A DNA stretch of 63,289 nucleotides, counting the filler, from Platydemus manokwari (Eukaryota): assembly GCA_037951405.1 (NCBI GenBank). It is 5 parts of 5 records of this genome, joined end to end, with 100 filler letters (N's around TTAATTAATTAA, not from the genome) between each part and the next. Parts side by side here need not be neighbours in the genome. Positions count along the whole stretch, not along the records: positions 54,143 to 63,289 come from JBBMOY011292873.1; 4 more parts are not named here. The stretch is one strand, 5' to 3'. Below are positions 62,060-63,289 of the stretch, piece after piece. The notes under the pieces were generated by a model. The model saw only the letters and a program-made list of their open reading frames with translations. It did not search any database and had not been told where the DNA came from. Within the stretch, counting starts at the first letter, position 1; each line of letters begins with the position of its first letter. A program made the translations under genes and the position numbers.

Positions 62060-63289
62060 TAATGATTTTATAAGTTAGATAAAAATAAAATTTGTTTCAA
62101 TATTGACAGAAACGCGTGTGATTTTAATCGAGCTGTTAATCGAGCAAAGAGAAGAAAGACAGAGAATAATTCCTTATCTACCAAAAAACACTCAGAATTT
62201 ATTAATCCTGAAGCTGTCAATCGAAGATGCTAAAAATGGTTCCAGTTAGATAAAAAATGAGATAAAACCATCGATGTACTTTTGAAATAGAATAAAATAT
62301 TTATGGAAACGAGTTGTCTTTTTGTTGACCACGCCGAAATTAAGGCTCTGATTAGAGCTAAACGAGAAGAGAGGCAGAAAATTTTTGCAAATCTGTCACA
62401 AAAATAACAGGAGTTATTAATTCCGAAACCATACTTTTTCGATTCATCAATCCAAGATGCTGAGAAATGGTTCCAAAAAACCAAAGATTTTGCGACTTTT
62501 CATCAAATGGAGCTATCATTTGCATTTGACATTCTTTTGAGAGATGACGCCAAACAGCTGTGGCAAGAATTCGGCAGTTTCAAAGAGGCTGTTTGACAAA
62601 AAAACGCTCTTGAAGAAATTGCAAGATTATTTATTCTACAAGTGTTAAATATCAAGAAATTGAAAGTCTTTTACTCTTGACCCTGCAATGTCCAACGATA
62701 GAAGAAGAGAGTTAGCTGTAAATTTTGAGAAGATAACTCCGACGAAGCCCATGAACGCCATCAAGAAGACATATGCTTAATCGGTATTTCAAAGTGAACC
62801 AAGAAAGGCCTTTCAGAAGGAGACGTCGTTCAAAAAGCCAAGTACAATCGTGCAGGAAAGAGATTTTGGTGAAAAGGATTATCATCGAGTACCAGTTAAT
62901 TGCATTGAATCTCCAAACAATGAGAGACCAAGAAGATCCATGAAATCTATTGCCTCTAAATTTTACAACGATTGAAAAGGAAGACCCACACCACGTGGTG
63001 ATTATTTGAAACCAGGAGCTTGTTTTTGCTGTGGTGATCTTAGACACCGAATGATTGAAATTCCACTGCGGAATAAATGTTTGATATGCGGAAAAGAAGG
63101 ACATTCGTTCAGAAAATGTCATTTAGCCAGAAAGCCTAGTAACAATAGTCCGAGAACAATATTGTGCATCCATGACGAAGTGGATGAAGCCAATTTTTAA
63201 ACTGAAAGTAAGGCAAGTGATTGTGTTAGCTCACTTTCCATGGAAGACAAAAAAACTGGAATCAACCTCCTGTGCCTATCTCGTCAGTG
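62060..63289 (+). mobile_element. Second copy of the same Gypsy family in opposite orientation: probable LTR or leader plus decayed gag with two CCHC-type knuckles
   Basis: 62591-62770 and 63060-63230 are homologous to the reverse complement of 61703-61884 and 61298-61445. Translation includes CFCCGDLRH...CLICGKEGHSFRKC. Confidence 0.85.

Overview
This is very AT-rich animal genomic DNA with 44-53 bp introns and many decayed transposons. The overall character suggests a triclad flatworm (planarian), but that is inference only. The window is six contigs joined by 100-bp gaps, four of which carry an artificial TTAATTAATTAA six-frame-stop linker, so true adjacency across gaps is not guaranteed. 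Host genes: the 3' exons of EEA1 (coiled coil plus FYVE), a three-exon RhoA/RhoF-like GTPase whose last exon is not found nearby, a complete five-exon TTC27, an intronless secreted single-domain ACE (peptidase M2), a 673-aa intronless low-complexity orphan ORF, and two orphan minus-strand exons. Mobile DNA: a decayed RLE-type non-LTR retrotransposon; a scrambled cluster of a very long NeSL-like ORF with two Ulp1-type protease domains and large unannotated conserved modules; a short-LTR family (two solo LTRs with exact 5-bp TSDs and one internally deleted element with a tRNA-Arg PBS); Gypsy relics including a head-to-head pair; and mariner, pogo and piggyBac remnants. The most notable signal is missed by the ORF track: a decayed chuvirus/xinmovirus-type glycoprotein gene at 19.4-20.3 kb on the minus strand, possibly preceded by a nucleoprotein-like fragment. 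A second, weaker env-like relic follows a Gypsy integrase near 48 kb. All family calls come from manual translation and remembered motifs; no database searches were run.
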